From a virus, in the IMG/VR virus record IMGVR_UViG_3300046314_000148, positions 48,246 to 112,245 of that record: a stretch of 64,000 bases of DNA; one strand, 5' to 3'. Below the pieces are notes generated by a model. It was not told the DNA's origin. It did no database searches and saw only the letters and a program-made list of their open reading frames with translations. Within the stretch, counting starts at the first letter, position 1. Each line of letters opens with the position of its first letter. A program made the translations under genes and the position numbers. Below are positions 9,527-18,969 of the stretch, in pieces.

Positions 9527-9599
9527 GCTCTTCTAGCCCAATGGCAGAGGCAACGGCTTCAAAACCCGTTTAGTGTAAGTTCGAATCTTACGAGGAGCA
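9527..9599 (+). tRNA. tRNA-Leu(CAA), short variable region
   Basis: GCTCTTC/GAGGAGC; loop TTCAAAA; C31-C39 mismatch. Confidence 0.8.
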
Positions 9600-9601
9600 C
9601 A

Positions 9602-9694
9602 AGTTACATAGTATAGTAGGCAGTACGCCATAGTCTATAAACTGTATGCAGCAGATGGCTAGGGGAAGCATGGGTTCGAGTCCCATTGTAACTA
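9602..9694 (+). ncRNA. tRNA-like RNA with enlarged, non-canonical anticodon arm
   Basis: Perfect AGTTACA/TGTAACT acceptor, D-arm, ATGGG-TTCGAGT-CCCAT T-arm; ~20 extra nt in anticodon arm. Confidence 0.7.
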
Positions 9695-9723
9695 GGTAAG
9701 GTAATGATCTGCCTTACCGATCT

Positions 9724-9795
9724 ACTCCTATGGTGTAATTGGCAACACTACGGTTTTTGGTACCGTCATTTTTGGTTCGAGTCCAGATAGGAGTG
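9724..9795 (+). tRNA. tRNA-Gln(TTG)
   Basis: ACTCCTA/TAGGAGT; ACGGT-TTTTGGT-ACCGT. Confidence 0.9.
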
Positions 9796-9878
9796 CTTTG
9801 TTACACAATTGTAATACAAATAAAAATATTCTATTAAACAAATCTGTATAATAGATCTACAACTATAGAGGAGATAAT

Positions 9879-10100
9879 ATGACAACGGTTTATACTAAGC
9901 CAGCATGCGTCCAATGTGACCAGACAAAGAAGCTATTGGATAAGAACGGGGTAGAGTACACAACCATTGATATCTCTAAGGACCAGGAAGCATTCGACAA
10001 GATTGTTGCCATGGGATTCATGTCAGCACCAGTAGTTATTTCTGGAAATGATAGCTGGGCAGGGTTCCAGCCAGATAAAATTAATTCAATAACTGCTTGA
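9879..10100 (+). CDS. nrdH: NrdH-like glutaredoxin
   Basis: TVYTKPACVQC...APVV...WAGFQPDKI. Confidence 0.9.
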   Translation: MTTVYTKPACVQCDQTKKLLDKNGVEYTTIDISKDQEAFDKIVAMGFMSAPVVISGNDSWAGFQPDKINSITA

Positions 10101-10153
10101 CAACTAGCCTCCACCTAAGTATAATAGATATACAAAAGGTATGAGAGGACCCG

Positions 10154-10330
10154 ATGCACGAAGATATCCTAGGCGTAGTGTTTGGCATTGACCACATTAT
10201 TGCAGAGTTCTTTTGGAATGCCATATTCGCAATAGCAGTATTTGCATTTTCAAAAGCCAAGGCTAAGCGTAGCCTACACAAATACATTGATGATAAGCAC
10301 GGTGTAACACACCAGAAGGATGAGTACTAA
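10154..10330 (+). CDS. Small membrane protein (58 aa)
   Basis: Own translation MHEDILGVVFGIDHIIAEFFWNAIF...; GAGG RBS. Confidence 0.55.
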   Translation: MHEDILGVVFGIDHIIAEFFWNAIFAIAVFAFSKAKAKRSLHKYIDDKHGVTHQKDEY

Positions 10331-10331
10331 T

Positions 10332-10622
10332 ATGAGCATTAGACCACTAGAAGATAAGGTAGTCCTAGAGCTGCCAAAGGCAGAAGAAAAGACAACTCAG
10401 TTTGGCCTTATCATTGCAGGAACAGCAGATGAGAAGCCACAGGAGGCAATTGTAGTGGCTGTAGGTCCAGGAGCCAAGTTTGCAGACGGTAGTACCATGG
10501 AAATGGCAGTAGAGCCAGGAGATAAGGTTATCTTTTCTAAGTACCAGGGTACAGAGGTAGAACACGAAGGCAAGAAGTATCTAATCGTTGCCTACCGAGA
10601 CATCTTTGCAGTGATTGGATAG
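10332..10622 (+). CDS. groES: Co-chaperonin GroES
   Basis: IRPLEDKVV...EKPQEAIVVAVGPG...GDKVIFSKYQGTEV. Confidence 0.95.
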   Translation: MSIRPLEDKVVLELPKAEEKTTQFGLIIAGTADEKPQEAIVVAVGPGAKFADGSTMEMAVEPGDKVIFSKYQGTEVEHEGKKYLIVAYRDIFAVIG

Positions 10623-10626
10623 TATA

Positions 10627-10824
10627 ATGGGAAGAATTCCAGACATCAACTACGCAGATGAATATGAGCGTGGTTATGAGGCTGCACTACACGCACTGCA
10701 TGATGAATTTGAAAAGGAATACTTTAAGATTGCCGATGAAGATCCGTACTATGCGTACTACATCAAGCATGTTCTAAATGTTATTCGTAAAAAGATTAAT
10801 CCACTTATCGCCATCGATGAGTAG
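10627..10824 (+). CDS. Hypothetical protein
   Basis: ORF in operon. Confidence 0.5.
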   Translation: MGRIPDINYADEYERGYEAALHALHDEFEKEYFKIADEDPYYAYYIKHVLNVIRKKINPLIAIDE

Positions 10825-10979
10825 GCATAGAGCAACCAGCCACTGGTCCTACCTGTGGGGCATTCTTGATTACCCTATTCCAGTTTATAAGCATTGGCTT
10901 CTGAATAGCTGGAACTACTTTACAAAACCAAAGATATCTGCTAAGGTAGCAGAGTACACAAAAAGACTTAGGAGACTCC

Positions 10980-11273
10980 ATGACAGAGCCAATTGAGGGC
11001 CAGCTAAAAGGCATAGGACTTCGTTTAGACCCACAAGAGATACTAATCGCACCGCATGAAGAAGGTGGTCTCAAGTGGGGCTATACGATTATTGATAAGA
11101 CCCACATTCCTACCATGTATATGGGTGGTGAGTGGAAGAATGTTGTCCCAGAGGGTGTCTGGCTGCAAATGCTAGACAACTGGGATGCCATTGCCAAGAC
11201 TGCAAAAGAAGTTTTGGCAGAATATCCAGAGTATCTAGAGTATCCAGAATTGAAGGCACTTGTAAATGACTAA
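10980..11273 (+). CDS. Hypothetical protein
   Basis: AGGAG RBS; overlaps thyX start. Confidence 0.6.
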   Translation: MTEPIEGQLKGIGLRLDPQEILIAPHEEGGLKWGYTIIDKTHIPTMYMGGEWKNVVPEGVWLQMLDNWDAIAKTAKEVLAEYPEYLEYPELKALVND

Positions 11274-11955
11274 TATTAAAGTTCTAGACGAAGGGTACGT
11301 AAGACTAGTAGACACTTTGGGTGACGATCTTTCAGTAGTAAATGCTGCTAGAGTATCTTACGATAAAGAGTCATCAGAGTTTGAGCCACGTGATGAGAAG
11401 CTAATCAACTTCCTGGTACGTGAAGGTCATACCAGTCCATTCAGACACGCAGCACTGACTTTCGAAGTCTATGCTCCGCTGTTCGTTGCACGTCAGTGGT
11501 GGAAGTATGCTGTTTCATCTAGTCACGTAGACGATCAGAACGGATGGAATGAATCATCTCGCCGCTACATCACAGAAGATGAGCAGTTCTACATTCCTGG
11601 ACCAGACGAGTGGCGTAGCAAGCCAGAGAATAGCAAGCAGGGTAGCGGTGAGCCAATCAACGAAAATTTGGGGCAGTTCTACTTCAAGAAGCTAATCGAA
11701 ACTGTAGCTAGCGGTACCAGCCTATATCACCAGGCAATGGATGACAACGTTGCTCCAGAGATTGCACGACTATTCTTGCCAGCATACGGAATGTATGTAC
11801 GTTGGCGTTGGACCGCATCTCTACAGAGCGTAATGACTTTCCTAGACCAGCGACTCGGACATGATGCCCAGGTTGAAATCCAGGAGTATGCAAAGGCAGT
11901 AGAGAAGTTGACAGCAGAAGTATTCCCACAGACCATGAAGGCAGCAAGACAGTGA
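11266..11955 (+). CDS. thyX: FAD-dependent thymidylate synthase
   Basis: VNAARVSY, GHTSPFRH, PLFVARQW, NESSRRY, AQVEIQEYA. Confidence 0.95.
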   Translation: MTNIKVLDEGYVRLVDTLGDDLSVVNAARVSYDKESSEFEPRDEKLINFLVREGHTSPFRHAALTFEVYAPLFVARQWWKYAVSSSHVDDQNGWNESSRRYITEDEQFYIPGPDEWRSKPENSKQGSGEPINENLGQFYFKKLIETVASGTSLYHQAMDDNVAPEIARLFLPAYGMYVRWRWTASLQSVMTFLDQRLGHDAQVEIQEYAKAVEKLTAEVFPQTMKAARQ

Positions 11956-12491
11956 TTATTGGATTAAGCGGATATGCCCAGTCGGGCAAGGACACCGTTG
12001 CTGACTACCTAGTTAAGCAGCATGGCTTTACCAAGGTATCTTTTGCAGATCCTATTAGACAGGCACTAATTCTTCTAGATCCAAAAGTAACTATCGCTGA
12101 CATGCAGGGGGTTCCTTTATCTACTGCCGTTGCTGGCTTGGGTTGGGAGAATGTAAAGGTTGATAGTCCAGACGTTCGTGGCCTGATGCAGCGTATGGGC
12201 ACAGAAGTTGGTCGCCAACTATTTGGTGAAAATTTCTGGGTTAATCAAGCTATGGCAAAAGCCGCAGAATACCCAAGAGTAGTTTTTGCAGATGTCCGCT
12301 TCGAGAACGAGGCAAAATCGATTCTCGAGGCATCTGGGGCCGTCTGGAGGGTATCTAAGCCAGGTGTTTATGCAGCAAATGGACACATATCGGAGACTTC
12401 TTTAGATAATTATTCATTTACTAAAGAGGTAAATAATATTGGTTCTTTGGAGGACCTATATGAGACTGTAGATTATCTTATTAGTCATTAG
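11952..12491 (+). CDS. Deoxynucleoside monophosphate kinase
   Basis: IIGLSGYAQSGKDT, SFADP, LMQRMGTEVGR, DVRFENE, HISE. Confidence 0.9.
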   Translation: MIIGLSGYAQSGKDTVADYLVKQHGFTKVSFADPIRQALILLDPKVTIADMQGVPLSTAVAGLGWENVKVDSPDVRGLMQRMGTEVGRQLFGENFWVNQAMAKAAEYPRVVFADVRFENEAKSILEASGAVWRVSKPGVYAANGHISETSLDNYSFTKEVNNIGSLEDLYETVDYLISH

Positions 12492-12496
12492 TCTTA

Positions 12497-12570
12497 GGGG
12501 TGTTAGCTCAGCTGGTTAGAGCAGCGGACTCATAATCCGTCGGTCGTGGGTTCAAGTCCCACACACCCCA
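12497..12570 (+). tRNA. tRNA with CAT anticodon (Ile2 or elongator Met)
   Basis: GGGGTGT/ACACCCC; GCGGA-CTCATAA-TCCGT. Confidence 0.9.
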
Positions 12571-12574
12571 CTCT

Positions 12575-12648
12575 GCTCCAGTAGCTCAGTAGGTAAGAGC
12601 ATCAGACTTATAAACTGAAGGCCGATGGTTCAATCCCATCCTGGAGTA
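12575..12648 (+). tRNA. tRNA-Ile(TAT)
   Basis: GCTCCAG/CTGGAGT; TCAGA-CTTATAA-ACTGA. Confidence 0.85.
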
Positions 12649-12691
12649 CTTATGGTGTATTATAGTTATTAGACTATAGAAAGAAGAAGAT

Positions 12692-13219
12692 GTGGACATA
12701 TCTATAAACAGTTTTCCAAGAAGTGGATCACAGTTTCTTAAGTTTAATCTAGATAATATGATTGGACATCGAAGAGTTGCCAAAAATCCACCGAATCTTC
12801 ATAAGATACTTAAAGATAGAAGCTACTTTCAGGTTGTTGTTGTCAGAAATCCGAGGGACACTGTAATATCCTGCATCGCTCATTCGGAATACCTTAGACA
12901 CGGGAGCAGCAAGAACATAAAACAGGTGCTAGTAGACACCTTGCGAGAGTACTGTAATGCAATAGATAACTTTTTGGAAAATGTACAGCATATAAATCTT
13001 TACGATTTTGAATATCTGGATTGGGCAGTAATTGATATTGCAAACAAGGCAAAGATTGATATTCCAGACAGCTTTGTCCTTACTCCAAAGCACTACAGTG
13101 TGAGCGACACAGATTTTTATCAGGACCTATTGGATGCAGACATAGATGACTCTTTATTTGAAGAGGCAAATAAGAAGTACGAGTCAATCCTAAGCTTCTG
13201 CCAGAGACCTGCAGATTAA
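12692..13219 (+). CDS. Sulfotransferase-like P-loop protein
   Basis: SFPRSGSQFL (5'-PSB-like) and VVRNPRD..IS (3'-PB-like). Confidence 0.7.
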   Translation: MDISINSFPRSGSQFLKFNLDNMIGHRRVAKNPPNLHKILKDRSYFQVVVVRNPRDTVISCIAHSEYLRHGSSKNIKQVLVDTLREYCNAIDNFLENVQHINLYDFEYLDWAVIDIANKAKIDIPDSFVLTPKHYSVSDTDFYQDLLDADIDDSLFEEANKKYESILSFCQRPAD

Positions 13220-13914
13220 TTAGAGCTAGCAGTACTTTCATATATAGATGGTTCTGGAAACATCTCCATCAGCATATCAAGAATCTTTTCAAACGAGCTG
13301 TCTTCTGTGGACAGGAAGTAGGATTCCCCACTCAGGAAGTCGTATGACCTAGAGCTCATCCTTCCCTTAGAGTATACCTTTACATCATTGCTTATCGATC
13401 CACCGATACCAAAGATGTTTCCATAGTTTGATCTTTCTAAGTATGGCATAGTGAGCACCTTGTCAAGCAGTATCTTATTCATGACCATCGGTACGTGGAT
13501 GTCATAGTCTAGTGGATTTGGAATGCCAAGCTTAACCAGTCTCTTGTGAGTGCTTGCCAGCAGCCTAGTGTACACTGAGCTTGGGGTTAGCTTCTGATAC
13601 AGGGACACACGATCTTCCAGCAGTCCACCATGCAGCACTGGAATAGAGTCTATCTTTTTAGTGATAAAGAAATCATCGTGCATTGAAACAAAGTCATCAG
13701 ATATTTCATCGCTGCTCACTATGGCAGACATGCACTTCTTTATATTATCAAACTTATACTGGGTATCTCGAATTGGAATAAAGTTTCCAGTGTACCACTT
13801 AGGCTTATAGCCAATGACCCATATGTTTCCAGGTGGTAGGTTTTCAACAACAGATCGAATCGAGTATCGAAGCTCTTCGTTATCACCTTTACGACAGATG
13901 TAAACGTAATCCAT
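13216..13914 (-). CDS. Stealth-like (hexose-1-phosphate transferase-like) protein
   Basis: MDYVY, EELRYSIRSV, ISDDFVSMHDDFF, HVPM. Confidence 0.65.
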   Translation of the reverse strand: MDYVYICRKGDNEELRYSIRSVVENLPPGNIWVIGYKPKWYTGNFIPIRDTQYKFDNIKKCMSAIVSSDEISDDFVSMHDDFFITKKIDSIPVLHGGLLEDRVSLYQKLTPSSVYTRLLASTHKRLVKLGIPNPLDYDIHVPMVMNKILLDKVLTMPYLERSNYGNIFGIGGSISNDVKVYSKGRMSSRSYDFLSGESYFLSTEDSSFEKILDMLMEMFPEPSIYESTASSN

Positions 13915-14948
13915 TATTCTCCGTGGTGATTAGGAAAAACCTTCGCAGTGTTCTCACACATATCATCTACAAGATCAACGAAGGAACGCTTTCTAACCCA
14001 TCCAAGCTTGGTAGAAGCCTTTGTGCAGTCTCCTAGAAGGGTCTCTACCTCTGCTGGTCTAAAGAACTTAGGGTTAATTCTAATAACAGTCTTGCCAGAA
14101 ATGGTGTCAACACCAACCTCATCTAGGCCTTCACCCTGCCACTCGATCTTCATTCCGAAATAGTCTCCAGCCTTCTCAACAAACTCTCTGACCGAGTGCT
14201 GCTCTCCAGTAGAGATTACATAGTCATCGGGGGCATCCTGCTGTAGCATTAGCCACATTGCGTATACGAAATCTTTTGCATGCCCCCAGTCTCGCATGGC
14301 ATCTAGGTTGCCCAGCTCTAGGACATCCTGTCTTCCAACACTAATGTTGTTTAAACCAAGAACGATTTTGCTTGTAACAAAGTTTACTCCACGTCTCGGG
14401 CTCTCGTGATTGAAGAGAATGCCGCTAGACGCATGCATACCGTAAGACTCTCTATAGTTCTTGGTAATCCAGTGGCCATATAGCTTTGCTACACCGTAAG
14501 GAGAGCGAGGGTAGAAGTCTGTAGTTTCTTTCTGAGGTACTTCTTGGACAAGGCCAAACATCTCAGAGGTGCTTGCCTGATAGAAGCGAGTCTTATCCTT
14601 TAGTCCTAGAACTCGGATTGCCTCTAAGATTCTTAGTGGCCCAAGGGCATCTGTCTCAGCAGTAAACTCTGCGGTATCAAACGATACCTGGACATGGCTC
14701 TGAGCACCCAGGTTATAGACCTCATCTGGCTCAATGATCTTAATAAGATTAGTTATTGACGCAGAGTCTGTCAAGTCTCCTTGGTGGAGAAATAGGCTGT
14801 CATTATCAAGAATGTTCTTGATTCGTGTAAAGTTATCAGTCGATGATCTACGAACAAGTCCGTGTACTTCGTATCCGATGTTTAGCAGTAGTTCTGCCAA
14901 GTATGAACCATCTTGTCCAGTGATTCCCGTGATGAGAGCTTTCTTCAT
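13914..14948 (-). CDS. gmd: GDP-mannose 4,6-dehydratase
   Basis: [49 protein letters not shown]. Confidence 0.97.
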   Translation of the reverse strand: MKKALITGITGQDGSYLAELLLNIGYEVHGLVRRSSTDNFTRIKNILDNDSLFLHQGDLTDSASITNLIKIIEPDEVYNLGAQSHVQVSFDTAEFTAETDALGPLRILEAIRVLGLKDKTRFYQASTSEMFGLVQEVPQKETTDFYPRSPYGVAKLYGHWITKNYRESYGMHASSGILFNHESPRRGVNFVTSKIVLGLNNISVGRQDVLELGNLDAMRDWGHAKDFVYAMWLMLQQDAPDDYVISTGEQHSVREFVEKAGDYFGMKIEWQGEGLDEVGVDTISGKTVIRINPKFFRPAEVETLLGDCTKASTKLGWVRKRSFVDLVDDMCENTAKVFPNHHGE

Positions 14949-15015
14949 TTATAATCCTATCTTATAAAAAGTATAGCATAAGAGACTATGGTACACTTGT
15001 TGTTAGGAGTTCACA

Positions 15016-16944
15016 TTGTCAAGAGTATTAGTATTATCTTCAACCCCAGACCCGTTCTCAGAAAATCATGGGGGTAAGCAGCGACTAGTAAAGTTACTGA
15101 GATCGCTTTCAACCAGGCATTCCGTCACCCTATTATCCCTTAGCTGGGAAGGGCAGGAGTTTCGCAAAGAGATATCCGAAAGACTTATCCACATATCAGT
15201 TGCAGTAGAGCCAGAGGTTATTCGTGCAGCCAGGGGAAGAACGACCCTTAAGAAGCCAAACAACGACACAAGAATTGCATACTTTAAAAGATACTTCAAG
15301 AGCTATAAGGCCAAGCTAAAGGACCTAGCAGAGGTTCACGACATCATTGTTGTAGACCACTATGCAACAGCACCACTAGTTCATTCAGTCAAGACAGACA
15401 TTCCAGTTTTCTATTCCTCTCAGAACTTTGAAACAGACCTTGCTAACCAGGTTTTCCCAAAAAGATCTGAAGATATCCGCATAGTAAATGAAACTGAGAA
15501 AGATATCATAGATCGATCATCTGCCATAGGATACTGTTCCGTAGATGACTTCGAGGCAATGAGGTCTCATTTCATTATTGATAAGCCAGCATATTACATT
15601 CCAAATGGAAATGATATGGTTCCTGGCATATCTGCTGGGGCAGGTCAGAAGTCAAAGAGAATTATCTTTATTGGAAGCGGTCACCCACCAAACATTATTG
15701 CAGCAGAAAGAGTTATAGAGTTGGCAAAGATGGTTCCAGACTATGACTTCGTAATAGCTGGCTCCTGTGTCGGTGGTGTTGACCACCTACCAGCTCCAAA
15801 GAACCTTATTAAGATAAGGGAGATTAGCAATGACGAAGTAGAGGACCTATTCTCTAATGCCTTTGCCTTTATCAACCCAATGAAGTCTGGTTCTGGAACA
15901 CACCTCAAGATGATGAAGGCTCTTAGCTATGGGCTGCCCATCATTTCATCACCAGTAGGGGCTAGAGGATTCTCTCAGGCAGAGAAGGATAGCTGCATGG
16001 TTATCTCTGAAACTCCAGAGGAAATGGTAAAGGCTATAAAGCTTATTACCGATTCTGCAGTATACAACAAGATGTCTGAAAGATCGCTAGAGCTTTCAAA
16101 AGACTACGACTGGAAAAAGATCGGGGAGTCCTTTATCTCTGCGATTGAACAAACGATAGCAAACAAAAGAGAAGGCCTACCCATGATACAGGTTGAAACT
16201 AACAATGATCCAAAGAAGGAAAAGATTCTTCTATATTCGATCATTAGAAATGAAAGTAAATATATAGATTCATACCACAAGAAGCTAAACAATATTGTTA
16301 AGAACTTCCCCAACTATGAATTCTATCTATCTATCTATGAGAACGACTCTACTGATGACACTAAGCAAAAGCTTCAGGGCAAGGACTGGTCATCATTTTC
16401 TCGTGTATCTCTAATCTTAGAGGATGTTCAGACCAAGTTCTATGGCTCAGTCAAGGATGGCGATCGAGTAAAGAACCTGTCAATAGCCAGGAACAAGGCC
16501 ATAGAGGCTGGCGGATTTATCAACGATGTTGACTACGTCATGATGGTAGAGGCTGACGTAGAGTTTGACATGAACACTGTTTCCAGAATCCTCAACTTCA
16601 AGAATGTTGTGCCAGACTTCGACATCGTATCTGGAATAACCATTCGTAATAAGAGATTATATGATCAGTGGGCTACCAGAAAGAAACCAGTCTACGACGA
16701 GGGCATCTATCCAATTGATGACGACTACAAGATGAAGGCTTACGATAGGTACTACTCTACATCTAATGGTATCTGCCTGTACAGGGCCAAGCCATTCCAA
16801 GAGGGCATCCGTTATGGATGGATAAACAATGTCACCAATGAATTTGATTGTGAGATGGTTGTTGTCTGCCAAAGCTTCCATGACAACGGTTACGAGAATG
16901 TCTATATAATCCATGATGCAGAGATATATCACGAACACAAATAG
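15016..16944 (+). CDS. Two-domain glycosyltransferase (GT4-like GT-B plus GT-A-like C-terminal domain)
   Basis: GSGTHLKMMKALSYGLPIISSPVGARG; C-terminal YENDSTDDT, LSIARN, VEADV. Confidence 0.8.
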   Translation: MSRVLVLSSTPDPFSENHGGKQRLVKLLRSLSTRHSVTLLSLSWEGQEFRKEISERLIHISVAVEPEVIRAARGRTTLKKPNNDTRIAYFKRYFKSYKAKLKDLAEVHDIIVVDHYATAPLVHSVKTDIPVFYSSQNFETDLANQVFPKRSEDIRIVNETEKDIIDRSSAIGYCSVDDFEAMRSHFIIDKPAYYIPNGNDMVPGISAGAGQKSKRIIFIGSGHPPNIIAAERVIELAKMVPDYDFVIAGSCVGGVDHLPAPKNLIKIREISNDEVEDLFSNAFAFINPMKSGSGTHLKMMKALSYGLPIISSPVGARGFSQAEKDSCMVISETPEEMVKAIKLITDSAVYNKMSERSLELSKDYDWKKIGESFISAIEQTIANKREGLPMIQVETNNDPKKEKILLYSIIRNESKYIDSYHKKLNNIVKNFPNYEFYLSIYENDSTDDTKQKLQGKDWSSFSRVSLILEDVQTKFYGSVKDGDRVKNLSIARNKAIEAGGFINDVDYVMMVEADVEFDMNTVSRILNFKNVVPDFDIVSGITIRNKRLYDQWATRKKPVYDEGIYPIDDDYKMKAYDRYYSTSNGICLYRAKPFQEGIRYGWINNVTNEFDCEMVVVCQSFHDNGYENVYIIHDAEIYHEHK

Positions 16945-16993
16945 TGCTTGACACGTTAATCCACCGATGGTATACTTTATACAAGGAGAAAAT

Positions 16994-17242
16994 ATGTCTA
17001 AAGAATTTAAAGAAAAAGCACTGAAGTATGTAGAGAACTACAAGCTAAAGCGTCCATGTGTGGGCTGTAACCAGATGCTCCACTCTAGCCAACTAGATCC
17101 AGTTGATGGAACTAATGTAGATGCTATCATCAAGGGCATTACAGATAAAGAAACTTACGAGAAGTCTAAGCTAAAGATTGCCCAGCTCTTGTTTATCTGT
17201 GCAAACTGCAACAGGCTCAAGAAGTTCAAAGAGTCCAGATAG
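16994..17242 (+). CDS. Zn-binding degenerate HNH-like protein
   Basis: PCVGC...ICANCNRL; AAGGAG RBS. Confidence 0.5.
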   Translation: MSKEFKEKALKYVENYKLKRPCVGCNQMLHSSQLDPVDGTNVDAIIKGITDKETYEKSKLKIAQLLFICANCNRLKKFKESR

Positions 17243-17248
17243 CAGTAT

Positions 17249-17332
17249 CTCTTGGTGGCGGAATGGTAGACGCACTAGACTTAAAATCTGGGTCCGCAAG
17301 GAGTGTGGGTTCGAGTCCCACCTGAGAGACCA
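17249..17332 (+). tRNA. tRNA-Leu(TAA)
   Basis: CTAGA-CTTAAAA-TCTGG, long variable arm, encoded CCA. Confidence 0.9.
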
Positions 17333-17333
17333 C

Positions 17334-17406
17334 CCCTCCATAGCTCAGTGGATAGAGCAAGAGCCTTCTAATCTCTTGGTCGTAGGTTCGATTCCTACTG
17401 GGGGGA
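17334..17406 (+). tRNA. tRNA-Arg(TCT)
   Basis: CCCTCCA/TGGGGGG; loop CTTCTAA. Confidence 0.9.
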
Positions 17407-17427
17407 CTTATGTTAAAATAGGATACA

Positions 17428-17973
17428 ATGTCAATTCAAATTATAAAGAACTTTATCTCAGCCAAGGAAGCTGAACCAATCATCTCGTTCATAGATGACA
17501 ACCTGTCTAGATTTGTATACAACGCTGATCGTAGCAGATGGATGATGAGATTCGGTTACGATGAAGAGCTTCCTCACCAGGCGATACACAGCATTGAGCC
17601 AGCAGCAGAGATTAGAGATAATCTTATTAGTATCTTTGAGAAGACCAACAAGATGCTTGACGGCGAGACATATCTTACGTCGTGGTTTCTTTCTAAGCAA
17701 CACTCTGGTGGCAGACTTATGTCTCATAAGGATGGAGTTCCTGGCGGAATCAATGATCAGCTGGAGTATACCGCCATGCTGTATTTAAATACTTTAGATG
17801 GTAACGGAATGATCTCGTTTCCAGATGCTGGCTTCGGGGTAACTCCAGAAGTGGGGGACCTAATAATCTTTAAGTCCAAGGAAGACAGGCACGAAGTCTT
17901 CCCCATCACAGAGGATAGGTACTCGCTGCCTATGTGGTTTACAAAAAATAAAAAGTTTGAGTTTATGCAATAA
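17428..17973 (+). CDS. 2OG-Fe(II) oxygenase (prolyl-4-hydroxylase-like)
   Basis: HKD...YTAMLYLN...GDLIIF...HEVFPI...RYSLPMW. Confidence 0.85.
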   Translation: MSIQIIKNFISAKEAEPIISFIDDNLSRFVYNADRSRWMMRFGYDEELPHQAIHSIEPAAEIRDNLISIFEKTNKMLDGETYLTSWFLSKQHSGGRLMSHKDGVPGGINDQLEYTAMLYLNTLDGNGMISFPDAGFGVTPEVGDLIIFKSKEDRHEVFPITEDRYSLPMWFTKNKKFEFMQ

Positions 17974-18012
17974 TTGCTTGCCTATTCATTCTTTTTCTGA
18001 TATACTAGATAA

Positions 18013-18969
18013 ATGATTAATTGTTCAGTATGTAATAACGAGCTGGTAAAGGTAGTTTATGGCTACCCTACACCCACTATGATCCAGAGAGCAAGGAATG
18101 AGGAGATTGCTCTCGGGGGACTGGACAATCAAGGGTATTCACACTACTGCTATACCTGTAATGAAACCGTTCCGCCAACCATTTGGCCAACAGACTAACA
18201 CATACCCATTGACAAAACTCCTCGATCGGAGTATACTTATATTATGACTAAAAGATATACATATGGCTGCAGCTGTGGCTTTTCAACTAAGAGCTATGCT
18301 GCAATTAACGAACACTTTAAGAATAGCCTAGATAGCCATGGCCCAAAGAAAACATCTACTGGTGCGTTTCTACATGTCCCAGATTCTATTGTGAGTAGAC
18401 AGACATTCATGGAGCACTTCTTTAACTATGTTGTGGGCAAGAATTAATGATATCAAACAAGAAGAATTTAGAGCTGGTTCAGAAGGCATATGACATGGGT
18501 TATGCCCATGGCCTTGCTGACGGCAAAGATGAGAAGCATATGGAGATTATTCGTATGCTTACTGTCAAGCTGGATGGCACTGACTGGCTACAAGAAGATC
18601 CGTTGCATATCCGTGACATCGTTCCGCTTGTCGAAGGACAGGCCAAGAAGCCTGCTCCAAGCGAAAATGTCTGGGGATAGACTTGACATGTGGGCTACTA
18701 GCCTATATAATTAATACATGCAGTTACTTAAAAGAAATAAGCCAACCACCTTGGCATGCACAGGCAACCCAGACCATGAGATGGAATGGGATAGCGATGA
18801 GCCACTATTCCTAGTGCAGTATGACGATAAGATAGTTAAACAGCTAGAGCAGTTTGGCTATCGTATGCACCCACTAGTGCCAGAAATCATTGTGTGGAGC
18901 AAGTCCCTAGACTTCGAGACTACCTATGTTGCACGTAAAGAAGATTTTGACTATATGGAGATGTTCTAA
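18013..18969 (+). CDS. Four small hypothetical genes (18013-18198, 18244-18447, 18447-18680, 18718-18969)
   Basis: ORF track; three have own TTG(A/C)C-N-TANNNT leaderless promoters; first has CxxC pairs. Confidence 0.55.

Noticed and set aside
9527-9599. TCA (opal suppressor or Sec) anticodon reading and alternative genetic code
   Set aside because: Stem register places CAA at 34-36; TGA and TAG terminate intact genes throughout.
9282-9616. ORF-track calls over tRNAs (also 12586-12783, 17178-17474)
   Set aside because: Overlap clear tRNA cloverleaves.
9602-9694. tmRNA
   Set aside because: No G3-U70 alanine identity, has a D-stem, no tag ORF.
9840-9878. NrdR box upstream of nrdH
   Set aside because: No convincing match to the palindromic consensus.
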